A stretch of 64,000 nt of DNA from positions 4,404,001 to 4,468,000 of the forward strand of contig CM097885.1 in the NCBI GenBank assembly GCA_044892525.1, given 5' to 3'. A program made the position numbers and the translations under genes. The notes beneath the pieces were generated by a model. That model searched no databases, had not been told where the DNA came from, and saw only the letters and a list, made by a program, of their open reading frames with translations. Source of the DNA: Schmidtea polychroa. Lineage: Eukaryota. Of this stretch, positions 47,145 to 61,404 are shown piece by piece. Position 1 is the stretch's first letter. The number at the start of each line of letters is the position of its first letter.

Positions 47145-47575
47145 AAATTATTAAATTTATAACAAATTCACATATAGATCATGAAAAGTTTCTATTAATG
47201 CTTAAGAGGAAGAACAACTTTTTTTCAAATATTTTAAGTTGTAATTTTTATGACGTAATATGTATAATTAAATAAGTAATCCATATAAAAATAAAATAAA
47301 GTGTTGGGGTGTTGACTAGGTCAACACACATTCACTATTTTCTAGGGGATGAAGGTCAGAACAATGATTATTGTCGACCGCATCCTAAATCGTTCATAAT
47401 TTAAAATGGCATTGTCTATTTTAATACTAATTTTAGTTAAAAAATAATAATTATAAATGGATGATCAGACTAAGTTCAACAATTAAATAAATTTTTTATA
47501 TCCAAACCTATAGTTATTCATGTAATCCATATTTTATTTAAAATAATTTGAATGGATGAACGTCTAAATGAAGTA

Positions 47576-50235
47576 CTGTAAATACTCGCGTATAAGTCGA
47601 AGTGGAAATTTTAAGAGGTTTTTAAGTCCTAAATTGGAGATCCAGTATAAGTCGAAGTAAAAAATTAAACAAAAACATTGAAAAATTTTATTGAAAAATA
47701 ATGATAGGATGAATAAATTATGATTGTTTGATTAGTCGTCAAAAAGTTCATTGTAGACCTCCTCTGAAACATCTCCAACATGGTCATCTATGTGATCATT
47801 ATCTTTAGAGTAAACTTTAGAGTAAATCTGCCTGATCATTAGAATCGTCTACGAAAAAGCATCATCTTTAGTTCCATCCATAGCATTGCTGAAATGAATA
47901 TTTGATAATTTCTTCTGGGATCGATTTCGAAGCTTCATCAACCAAACCAGCTACAAGAGTTATGTCGGGTTTCTGTAAATTGTCACTTTTATGTGAGTTG
48001 CTGAACCGGAACTCATCCATTCAGTCCACATCTTGTGAACTCGATCTTTAAAAGGTTTGTTGAAACAGACATCCAATGGCTGGAAAACAGATGTTATGCC
48101 TCCTGGAATATCAGCAATGTCGATTTTAGGCTTAGCTGCTGTTTTCTTACAACCATCTGTAAGATGAGCATCGAACATGTCCCACACCATCATTGATCTC
48201 TTATTGAGCATCCCTCCCGGCCTTTTGTTCCACATGTTGCTTATCGTATGAATCACGACTTCGTTTCATTTTTTTAACAACTGAGGGTTTTCGTTTTTCA
48301 ACTTAAGAATTCAAATGAATTGATAAAGTTAATCAATTGAATAATTGTATATTACTGTTTTGAACTGTTGCAAAGCTGTCGGTTATTAAATAACATTTCT
48401 TAATAAATGCTTTTTGGTTTAATAAGTTAATTCAAAATTAATTTAATTATGATGAAATAATCCTTTTTCAATTACTGGTATATAATTTAATATAAATAAA
48501 TGTGATTAAGAAAAACTTGAAAAATTAATTTAATTTTTTATTGACCCGCGAATAAGTCGAAGTGGCTATTTTATTTTTTAAATTAAAATCTAAATATATA
48601 AAAGTCAACATACTCTACGATTAAAAATATAATGTATCCGTAGTGAATATTTTTACGGTTTATTTATTCAATTTTTTATTAAAACTACAAACCAGAAATT
48701 AAACGTAACAAAACAAATTATTAAACACGTGCCGTAAGACTTTTACCAGATACCGACGGGGATAGTGAACAACAATCACACATGGAAAGATGACCTGTTC
48801 AAATGCATAAACTGGGAACTATAAGTTCCCGAACACATCTTCTGGTACAATGATATAGAGCCTCAAAATTATTTGCGATCTCGGTCCCGAAAAAAATTAG
48901 ACGAAATTAATTTAATTTAAATGATAATAGTGCTAAGATCAATTTTATGAGAAATAAAATTTTATTATTCATTTTTGTTTGTTCACGTGGTATGATGGAA
49001 TGCTGATAGTACAGCGGTTGCCAAACTTTTTGACCTCACGGACCAGTTAATTCATAATTTAAATCCCGCGGACCACTAATAGATTTTTTAAGTGCTAAAT
49101 ATATTTAGAAAAAAAAATTGATCAAAGAACACATAAAATGTACCTAGTTAATAAAACGAAACTATTAATAGTAATCAAGTTATTAATAAATCATAATAAA
49201 ATAAATTAAACAAAAAAATGGCTTAAATATATCAAACCTTTAGTGTTATACATTCCTAGTGTGATGGATGTTCCTGCTTACTTGAAATAAGATTATGGAT
49301 ATTTGGATCCAATGTTGTTACTGCAAGACGGAGAACTGCATTTATTTCAAGCCGAGATCGGTACCGCGTTTTGATAACTGAGAGACGAAAAGGCCTTTTC
49401 GCACAAATAAGTTGTGGAGAATTGAATCAAAATTTTCATCACATGTTCACTAAGCAAAGGGTATTCACTTTTTATGGAAAGCCAAAACTGAGATCTTGAT
49501 AAGGATGCTTGAAATTTAAATTTAAGAGTTTCATCGGACGATAGGTCGATGAGACTTTCATTTTAGATGCACATTAAAAACTTGAAACATTCATCAGCGG
49601 TATCACCTAAACCGCGGCGTTATTCTACGCGCAGGAAGAGTACATTCTGCGCGACAGAGATTGAAGGCCGATTGTCCAATGGCCAGTGCACAGTAAACGA
49701 TAGAAGTTTTTATAACTTCTCACCTATTTTATGAATTGAATCATGTTTTAATGCATCTTAAAACATAACTTCACATGATAGGTAAGTATATTCAAAATTT
49801 TTCTGCGGACCAGCGAAATTTTCTCGCAGACCACCACTTTGGGAACCGCTGTGATAGTACGACTGACGGTGATTGGTGCATTGAGAAGTTGAGTGAGTGA
49901 TAGCATTTCTCCGGGATGTGGACTGTGGTTGCTGTTGAGACACTCCATCTGTGTAGAGTTAAGTATTTATGTAGAAGTGCGGAATATCAGCCAAACTTTC
50001 TTGTTGTGAGTTATAGAATTGGAATAAAATTTTGTTAATAATCAAATGTATTATTTTAATCCAAATGAAAATAATGCATTATTAAATAATATTATTTTAT
50101 TTAATTTTTAAATATTAATTTAATAATTTCAAAAAAATTAATATTATATTTTAATTAAGTTGTTTAAATTCAACAATTTGTCGATTGTTTTAATATTTAT
50201 TTTAAATTTCTCGACTTATACGCGAGTATATACAG
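47576..50235 (-). mobile_element. pogo-family (Tc1/mariner) element with DDE_1 transposase remnant
   Basis: TIRs ctgtaaatactcgcgtataagtcga / tcgacttatacgcgagtatatacag flanked by TA. Remnant at 47760-48256 has VWDMFDAHLT and IPGGITSVFQPLDVCFNKPFK. Confidence 0.85.
49012..49851 (-). mobile_element. Charlie/Buster-type hAT deletion derivative nested in the pogo element
   Basis: TIR cagcggttgccaaa / tttgggaaccgctg and 8-bp TSD tgatagta at 49004-49011 and 49852-49859. Minus-strand remnant FWLSIKSEYPLL...FSTTYLCEKAFS...KTRYRSRL...QEHPSH. Confidence 0.88.
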
Positions 50236-51772
50236 TAAGCTAAATTAGCCTTGATTTTCTTTAAGGATGAAATTATTTAAGGCAACCCCAAATGTTGGGT
50301 AATGCAACTGAAATTCAGTGAAATATACTAAATTTGGCCATTAAATTAATTTTAGATATCCTGAGAATGAAATCATTACATTTTAATCAAACACCTGTCC
50401 AAGTTTGATGAGAGTGAGAGAATAATGTAGATCAACCAGTTAATTTAATCGGCTATGAAATTTAAGTGACCTGAGAACATTTCCTTCAATTAGCGTTGTT
50501 TCGACCAGTCAGAGGGGGAATGACATCTACCTCTGACTGGCAGTTTTTGTTTTGATTTTTGTCGCGTCTGTGTGCAGAATTATTGTCAAATTGAGGTGCG
50601 CACACAGATGCGAGGAATTGAAAATTGTTTTTTTGGAAGGTTCGAGTACCATTTTGTTTTAAATGGAGTTTTTTAAAATGAAAAATGTGGTTAAAGTTAA
50701 TATTCATCCAGTGGCTCTATCCTCAATAACTGATGCATTTGAAAGAAGGTCTGAATTACACATGAATCTGAAAAATACGCATTGATTTAATGAAAGAAGA
50801 ATTAAGAAATTAAAGAGGACAGGTTTATATGAAACCTGATCTATCTCAGGTGATAAATGTAAGTAGTGATGTTCTTGAAATGATAACAGTTGTGTTGGAT
50901 TATGTTTCAAAAGTCGTTAATAAAGAAATTTCTGAAGCTTCTGTTTTAAAGATTTGTGTTTACTCGAATCAAGCGTTATGACATTGCCGACATATGTAAA
51001 TTTTAATATGGTCGATGAGCTAATTGTTTGTGAATCGGCACTAACGTTCTAGTCAAGCACTGAGCAAATCGAATAATCCTTATCCGAGCCTAGTGTGAAC
51101 GCGTGATCTGTTCGACTAGTGCTGGTAAAGTAGAAATTTTCACATCGATGAAAGCCTATCGTCTAAATTACGTTGATTGGTTCACTGTCGCTTGATAATG
51201 GACAGTAATGATTTGGACGTAATTTCTAGATTCGATTTTTCTATGATGTGCTTTACTTGAAGTTTTCAACGATAATATCTGCTCACGATAATTGCATCTA
51301 TTCTATTCTTACTGTTAATGATATAGATTATTGTTTGCTATTTATCATTTTTATTTTTATCCATTATTCACAATGATGGCATATCATTTCAACACTTATC
51401 ACATATATTGCCTAGTTTTACAAATATTATGAAAATTATTGAATTAAAAAAAATTCAATTGTGAAACCAAAAGATTAATATAATTTATTCGATTTATTAA
51501 TATTGAATCGATTTCTAAATTATTATTTCATAAAGCAATAATAATTAATTAATCGATTCCTAAATTAATATTACATTATGAAATACATTGATTAGAGAAA
51601 AATGATATTAGTGTAAATATTGATATCGTTAAAAATAGTTGTGACTTAAAATTTAATTTCAGTGAGAGAGGTACCCGTAGCAGACTTAACAAAACCGGCT
51701 ATAGTAGATGGATTGGGCACCGCTAGCACAGTCCCCCCCCCCCGGTCGGAAAAATTAAAAAAAATTTTTTTT

Positions 51773-52432
51773 TCAAGGTCAAATTTAAAAAAAAGACATG
51801 ACTCACCAAGGTTGAAAAACAAAGACCATGACTCATCAAATTTCTCAAGGTCATTTAAAAAGACCATGACTCATCCTATGACTCAGCAAGGACATTTTCA
51901 AGGCCCTATAACTCATAATATGACTCTTCAAGGGTATTTAAACAAAGACCATGACTCATCAAGGTAATTTTCAAGGTCTCATGACTCATACTATGACTCA
52001 CCAAAGTCATTTTCAAGGTCATATGGCTCACCGGATGACTCATTAAAATTTTCAAGGTCATTTAAACAAAGGCAATGACTCACCCAAGGTCATTTTCAAG
52101 GTCATATGACTCATCCAAGGTCATTCTCAAGGTCATACGACTCATCCAACGTCATTCTCAAGGTCATATGACTCACCCAAGGACATTCTCAAGGTCATAT
52201 GACTCACCCAAGGTCACTCTCAAGGTCATATGACTCATCCAAGGTCACTCTCAAGGTCATATGACTCATCCAAGGTCATTCTCAAGGACATATGACTCAT
52301 ACTATGGCGCATCAAGGACAAAATTTTTTTTCAAGGTCAGCTATGTCACCCTATGACTTATCAAGGACATTTCAAGGTCGCATGCCTCACCCAAGGTCAT
52401 ATGAGTCATCGCGATGAGTCATCAAGGTCATA
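51773..52432. repeat. Subterminal tandem array, 31-bp unit ATGACTCAYCCAAGGTCAYTCTCAAGGTCAT
   Basis: 31-bp periodicity at 52106, 52137, 52168, 52199, 52230, 52261 and 52292, with degenerate units on either side. Confidence 0.92.
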
Positions 52433-52504
52433 TTATTATTTTAAAAAATATTATTATTATTATTATTATTATTTTTAAAAAATATTATTTTATTATTAAT
52501 TTTT

Positions 52505-54509
52505 TCAAATTAATCCTGCGAGAGACATTGCATCTCCTACATGCCGCTCCGACATATCTACCAGTAAAATGACAATGATCTCACAGGATTAATAATAGCT
52601 TTTTTATACAAGTAACAAATAGTGCTAGATCGAAAGGCACGCTCCTGAGCAAAAGACAAAGTAGACATGCCTTTACGACCTTCAAGATCATAATATGGCA
52701 GGACAATTGTGACAGCAATTTCCTCCACTTTCCTCAAAAAATCCAAAATACAATTAGGTCCAAAAAAATAATAATAAAATTTAGTATTTGTATAATTATT
52801 AATTAATAAAAGACCTGCTGATATGGGTAAATGTATTTGGTGATATGTTTCGTGTTCAGGTAAAACCGATTCAAAATCGGCATAAATTACGAAGGGAGGT
52901 GTAACGGTTTTTGCGTAATCTGTGAATAATAAATCCTTATTTTTAGGAAGTGTATACAAGGTTATGCCAGTCTGATTTTTACAGCATAGAGCAACATGCT
53001 GATCGAAAGCATTCTTATATCTAAAGCCATTTAAACAATGTGGGCACCAGTTACACCTTATTTGAACATTAACATTTTCATTTAAATGGCAATTCATTAA
53101 TTTGTCCAAGTCTGTCACGGCCGTATAGTGATATTTATCTTTATTACTCAAAAGTAATAAATAAATCGGCCTACCGTCTATAACCTTGGAGCGATGTACA
53201 ATATTAAGATGAGGGTGGTGAGCTACATAATCCTCAGAAATATCACAATCAGAACTGGCTGGATTATAAGACAGAACGTTTATGCTTAAGTTTAAATCTG
53301 GATTTTTCCTTTCGAATTTGGGAATGTTACACAGCCTCATCGAGCAATCTGTGTCTTCATCATAATTTAAAAGATGTAAAAATTCTATATATTTGGCGGC
53401 TCTTTGGTGATTACGACCTATTTCTTCTCTTTTTTAAAAGTGCAAGAATGCTATACAAGAAACACTTATGGTCATTTTTTTTTAACATTAATTATTGCGT
53501 GTTTTAATTTTAATGCAGATGGGGTTTTTATATAACTATGTCCGGATAATCTACTAACGGGTGCGTATTTCGTTAAAATAAAATCTATCTCTAAAATATT
53601 CATTACTCGCCACCCGCTTCCTAAATAAGTGAATTGCTCAATCTTTTCATTTAATTTGCTCACCCCCTCGTTTATAAAGTTTGCTGTAAAAACTTGCGCA
53701 TTGTTTGAAAAATAATTATCCCGGATCTTTTTCAAATTTAATTAAAATTGTAAATTGAATTTTTACATTGCCCATCTTTTCTATTTCCTCTATTAACCTT
53801 TCTTCAATTTTAGATGTTAGGGCTATTTTTACTAAGTTTTGATTTCTTATATCAAATTTTAAAGTTTTTCGCGATCCATTCAAATCGGATTCTACCATAG
53901 GTTCAAACAAAGAGCCGCCTATTTGACATATGTTGAAAGACGTTGAAGCTACACATTCATCATTGATGACTATCACTTCTTGTTGTGTAGAGGGTGCTTG
54001 TTGTGTAAAGGCTGCTTGTTGTGTGAACGATGTTGAAGCTACACATTCATCTTTGCTGATGACTATCACTTCAGGTCGCGATAATTTATTAGGAATATAA
54101 TTTTTAATTAAACCAGCAGGTCTTTTAATAGAATCTTTTTTAATAATATTTTTAATAGTATCTTTTTTAATAATATTTTTAATAGAATCTTTATAATCTG
54201 TTTTAATTGAATCTGTTATAATATTTTTTTTAATAGCATCTTTTTTAATAATATTTTTTTGTAACTTTTTTTGTAAATTTTTGTTATTTATTTTTTTAAA
54301 TAAATCATTTTTTGGAATCGAAAATTGCCCTAAGTGACTACGATGTTTATTAAAAAATGCCTTATATTTTATTTTTTCGCTAGTCACGCATTTGGGACAT
54401 ATAAAAAAGTTGATTGAATTAAACGTTTTTTTATAATATTTTTTCATCGTACGATGGCATTGATCGTTATGGCCAATTGACGATTGGCAGTAATTTGGGT
54501 ATAGTCTAC
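52505..54509 (-). pseudogene. Polinton protein-primed DNA polymerase B, N-terminal half only (frameshifted; polymerase domain deleted)
   Basis: GSGW, SYIKTP...AIINVK/NDHKCFLYSILA, FERKNP, CPHCLNGF...HVALC, FVIYADFES (ExoI) and DHCHFTGRYVGAACRRCN (EndoVII-like insert). Ends abruptly at AT-rich sequence next to the 31-bp array. Confidence 0.9.
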
Positions 54510-54705
54510 CTGTTAAATAATAAAATTAAAGTTTTATTCTTTTTCTATATAGAAAACTAATTGTTACATCTATAAGGATTTATCATCATTTGTTATTTAA
54601 TTCAAATGAACTATATAACAAATGATGATAAATCCTTATAGAAAATAGGTTAATATATTCGAGAGAATATGTTAAATATTAGAGAGACTATAGTAGATGT
54701 GTCAG

Positions 54706-55824
<1,119 letters not shown>

Positions 55825-55843
55825 CATTATTATTATTATTATA

Positions 55844-55927
<84 letters not shown>

Positions 55928-56484
55928 TTAACTATTGTAGATGCACATTGCAAACTACAAGGATTTATAACTATAATTTCGTAATCACTTTTTTAAATAT
56001 TTTCATAATAATTTCATTATTTTTTACAGAAACGTAGTATTTACTTCATATAATCATAATATTTTCATCATAAATTCATAATTTTCGTCATAATTTCATC
56101 ATTTTCATCATAATTTTGATCATAAATCATTTTCATCATTTTCATCATAATTTTGGTCATATAATCATTTTCTTCATAAATCATTTTCATCATAAATCAT
56201 TTTCATCATAATTTTGGTCATAAATCATTTTCATCATAAATTCATAATTTTCATAATTTTCTTCATAAATCATTTTCATCATAATTTTGGTGATATAATC
56301 ATTTTCTTCATAAATCATTTTCATTTTTCTTCATAAATTTTCGTCATTAAATCATTTTCTTCATAAGTTTCATTATATCATAATAATTTTTATCAAATTA
56401 TTTAAAAATGTTTTTATCAAAATATTTAAAAAAAAGTGATTACGAAATTTTAAAGAAATATATATATAAAAAAATAAATCTTAC

Positions 56485-56879
56485 ATTCAGATTCCATGTC
56501 GGAATCATCCTCAGAGAGGACATTACCAATTTCATCATTAATTTCATCATCTTCAGAGAGGACATTATTAATTTCATTATCTATGTCGACATTGAAAACT
56601 GGGGCATTCATAATAATTGAATCGCTAATTGAAACATTTTCTAAAATGAAAAATTAATTTAATAAACTGAAAAATAATAAAATTTTTTTTTCTTTGAAAA
56701 CTGGGGCATAATTAGGGGCATCAGTTTGCCCAATAAATACGACATCATCGTCGCTATTTGAATCATTTTCTGAAATGAAAAAATTAATTTAATAAAAATT
56801 AAAATAATAAATTTACTGAAGATCTTATCCACATTTAGAATCGATTCGTCTTCGGTTACTTGGTACCAGTCGAACACAT
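56485..56879 (-). CDS. Putative small acidic 5' exons of the Polinton pPolB transcript
   Basis: Exons 56879-56817, 56769-~56692 (donor apparently mutated) and 56640-56485, with tttag/ttcag acceptors and gtaa donors. The phase-1 donor at 56484 fits the acceptor at 54510, in frame with ORF 54447. Confidence 0.5.
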
Positions 56880-57390
56880 CTAAAAGAATAAAATAAAATA
56901 TAATAAAATAAATTACCCGTCGTTTCTTAAAATATTATTGTTATTTTGCATAGTAGATGGATAGTAGAAAATTGAAGTTGAATTTTTAAAATTTTAAAAT
57001 AATTGTGACAAATTTTAGATTTGTCAATGTTTATAAAGAGAATGAATATTTTCCTGTCCCAACCAATGAGAATATAGACACACACACATATATACACTGA
57101 ATATTTTACTCTCTCAACCAATCACACGCATGCATGTATGTAATGTAAATTACTCCGAAATTACATGTGACTGCCTTTGTTAGTCATGCCTTTGTTAACT
57201 TGCACTGTACATGCTTCAGGCATAGGTAGTCTTTATGTTACAAATAATAATATTTATTTTAATAATAATAAAATTAATTAAAAATAATAATATTTTTCAC
57301 AATAATAATAATATTAATAATAATAATATTATTAATAATAATAATAATAATATTAATAATAATAATAATAATATTAATAATAATAATAAT

Positions 57391-57421
<31 letters not shown>

Positions 57422-57540
57422 ATAATAATAATATTAATAATAATAATAATATTAATAATAATAATAATAATATTAATCACAACAACAAAGGAAAGGATAC
57501 ATTTATTAAACATCAAATTTTATTAAACATTCATTTTTCT

Positions 57541-57940
57541 TTAAACATCAAATTTTTTGTACAATAACCAAGCTAAACAATGTTGACCACATGTTTGGGT
57601 CAAGGGATTTTGAAACATAGTTTTATTTTACACAATAGGTTTTCCCATTGTTTGTAGTTTTGATATCAACAAAGCCGGGTAATAAAAACCCATAGGATCG
57701 AACACGAATATATTACCAGGTTTCATATCCAATGTTCTCCACCAATATGAGACGATTGAGTATTGACGATTATTGCTTGATTATTGCTCAAATATGGAAT
57801 TTTATCAAGAAGAAAAACTCCAACAAATTCATTTCCCAATATCTGTTTTCCAATTTTATTGACCTGAACAGAACTACTTAAATAAATCCAGAGTATAAAA
57901 AACAACTTACTCCATGACAACTTTTTGTGTTTCAATATAC
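57541..57940 (-). pseudogene. Adenain-like (Ulp1/C5) maturation cysteine protease
   Basis: FVGVF...IIVNTQSSHIGGEHW / IFVFDPMG...FQNPLTQTCGQHCLAWL contains the H-D-Q-C catalytic residues. One frameshift and one stop. Confidence 0.88.
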
Positions 57941-57942
57941 AT

Positions 57943-59156
57943 TTATACCAACACAGTTCTATTTGCAGTAATTTGAACTTCATTTTCAAATACTCCATAT
58001 ATTATAACATGTACTGGTTCAGTAATAGCTTTTGCAAACTTTATATCCAGTCGTAAATTTCCATTTTGAGGTAATTGACTCTGATTTAAATCAAAATCAG
58101 GGGCTAAAACAAATGTAAAAAATGGGTATTTGCTTTTAAAATCTTCTAGAGTTATTCCGCAATTTAAATTTTTATCTAAATAACCCAGATTTCTAACAAT
58201 ACTCTGCATATATGTCGCACAGTAATTGTCATTCTCGAAATCTTGAATATATGTTTCTCTATAATCAGTATTTTTCGAAAAAGTCAATAATGTAACACCA
58301 AAGTTTTTGAAAATTGAGCTGGACGCAGTATATGATCCATTATATTGTGCTTCACTTTGAAATGTTATCAGAATAAAATTAGGCATTCTTCTGTCACCAA
58401 ATATTTGTTCTTTATAGAATGATGAAGCACCTTTAGCAATAGCAAATTGTACAATTTCCTTTGTTTTTAATGGATAAATTGCATGTTTTGAATTAAGACC
58501 CAATTGATGACCTGCTAATACTGAGGGGTCTACTCGAACTCTTCTCACCAATAATTTTGCATCAACTAATTGACATATTGGTGTAGTAGTTGCACTAGTA
58601 AGAGATAATGCAGAATCAGACCTTTTCAGTCTAATATGTACATTAACTCCCGGTAGTAAATATTTCGGTTGCTCCATAAAATCAAGTTGTAATGATGAGC
58701 ACATGGTGAAAACCTTTGAGCCTTTAACCCACTTTTTTCTTTCATCATCTGCTGCTGCATAACCCATGGGAGTAAGACATGTATTTTTAGTATCGGAATT
58801 GTAATTTAAAATAGTTTCTATTAATGCCTTGTGAATGAATGTATTATTTCCACCCTCAATCTTGATATTATTAAATCCCAACAGTGCATCTTTAAAAAAA
58901 GTATGAAACAGGAAATTGTTCGGTATTACATCTGCATCCAAAACTTTTCTATCTTTATCTACAACCTTAATCTGAACAGTCAATAAAGTATCGTTCAAAT
59001 CTAAATATTCGGTTTGTGAACCATTAATATAAAACTCGATATCATTTCTACTATCGGTAATTGAATTCATAGGAAAAACTTCCTCAAATGCCCCAAATTC
59101 TATTACAGCCTGGGGCGACGGTCTATCAAATATACATAATTCAGTTTTACCACAAA

Positions 59157-59160
<4 letters not shown>
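57943..59160 (-). CDS. Polinton major capsid protein (double jelly-roll, PY/hexon-like)
   Basis: Intact 405-aa ORF. N-terminus KTELCIFDRPSPQAVIE...P...DIEFYING...YLDLNDTLL and C-terminus GNLRLDIKF...IIYG.FEN.V.I match Polinton MCP patterns. Lies between the integrase and protease genes. Confidence 0.88.
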
Positions 59161-60104
<944 letters not shown>

Positions 60105-60166
60105 TACAACAAGAAGATTTAAAATTAAATTTAATGTCGGGCAATGAAGGATTAGCACCCATTGTT

Positions 60167-60673
60167 TATGACTGTGTAACTCCACCTAATAATGATAATG
60201 CCAGAGGTATCAAATCCACCTTGTTGTTTATATATAATTTTTCTCATTTGTTGACGATTTTTATTATTTACTAAAGATAACAAAGGTTTCCTATGTTTGC
60301 TCAATAGATGCTTTTTTGATTTACTGATTTTAATCTTGCCTTTGACTACTTTAAGTATAATATTGAGTAAATCATCGACAACAAAATTTGGGAATGATTG
60401 CAATATATTCATTCTTTTCATACTCGGGGCCTTTAACAATGCATTAAAAAATGGAAAACTGCGATGATTTTTAACTACTTTTTTACTGGTTTTACGGGTT
60501 TTACGTTTAGGTTTAGGATTTTTCGAAATAAGATTCATTGCAGAAAAATTTTCAGTTACAAGTTTTTTAGATGGTGTATAACTAGTTGTTGGTGGAACTT
60601 TTGGAACTTTAATACTCTTTCTAATACTTTTTCTTAATTTCCTAATATTTTTCACCCTTGCTTTTAGAAACAT
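60167..60673 (-). CDS. Basic Polinton core/membrane-active-like protein ending QQGGF(LIPLALSLLGGVTQS) after a frameshift
   Basis: Lys/Arg-rich, with the pattern LL...R..IL...N.....V.G.I.I......L.K.RK.L..L......R..I..Q.GGF that I recognise from the Polinton gene usually adjacent to the ATPase. The hydrophobic tail continues in a shifted frame. Confidence 0.6.
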
Positions 60674-60679
60674 TATTAT

Positions 60680-61317
60680 TCATAGAGGTTTTGAACTTTG
60701 TTTATAAACCATGGCACCTTTTGGGTTGAAAATATCTGTTTTTACTCGTAAATCATCGGGACATTGTTGTGTGAAATCAAGAAATATATATCCATGAGGT
60801 ATTTTTGTAGCATCTTGAAATGCACTGATAAGAAAATTACGATTGTTGGGTATGCTTGACCTGCAAGAAAATCAATCACTGTTGCATCTCTAGGATTCTT
60901 GAAAATAACTAAATATTGTACATTTAAATTACGTGTTCGATGTGCCCCACCTTGATGAAATAGATTTTGTGTTATGAAAATAACTGTTACACCGACATGT
61001 CTGCTGATCTTTGTAAATAAATTATTAAAATCTTTTTCTTTATTAGCTTCTTGATACAAATCATCGATAATAATGACATCACCTTTCTTTAATCGGCTGG
61101 ACCAGTTTTTATCGAATCCCTTTACTATTTTCATGTTTTTTAATTTACAGAAACTTGATGGAGTTAATCCATGTTCTTCATCAGCACCCCTATGCCAATA
61201 AATCCTGTTGAATTTTGATTTGAATAAATTTGATTTTAGTAATTTACAAACAAATAATGTTTTTCCACTACCACTCGGACCAACGATTTGGTATACTGCA
61301 TCATTTCTTAATTCCAT
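60680..61317 (-). CDS. Genome-packaging ATPase (A32/FtsK-like), frameshift near C-terminus
   Basis: Walker A GPSGSGKT, Walker B IIIDD, SRH, ITQNLF and FKNPRD. The shifted frame continues AFQDATKIPHGYIFLDF...DDLRVKTDIF to a stop at 60680. Confidence 0.92.
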
Positions 61318-61325
61318 TTCAAAAA

Positions 61326-61390
61326 TTTTATATATGTGTATTTGTTTATATTCGATGATTTAATGAACTCGTACTCAATTTGTATATAAA
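61326..61390. promoter_or_regulatory. Divergent TATA-like boxes between the ATPase and TBP-like genes
   Basis: TATATAAAA on the minus strand (~61326-61334) upstream of the ATPase ATG, and TATATAAA on the plus strand (61383-61390) upstream of the TBP-like gene. The AT-rich background weakens this. Confidence 0.3.
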
Positions 61391-61404
61391 GACTAATTTT
61401 CATA

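Noticed and set aside
51646..51967. ORFs spanning the Polinton left end
   Set aside because: They cross the TSD/TIR junction and translate the tandem array, so they are incidental.
52076..52320. 31-bp repeats resembling a CRISPR array
   Set aside because: Units are head-to-tail with no unique spacers, there are no cas genes, and the context is eukaryotic.
60105..60185. N-terminal 27 aa of the listed 342-aa integrase ORF
   Set aside because: Overlaps the upstream gene's tail; the integrase-like sequence begins at MEKIW (60104).
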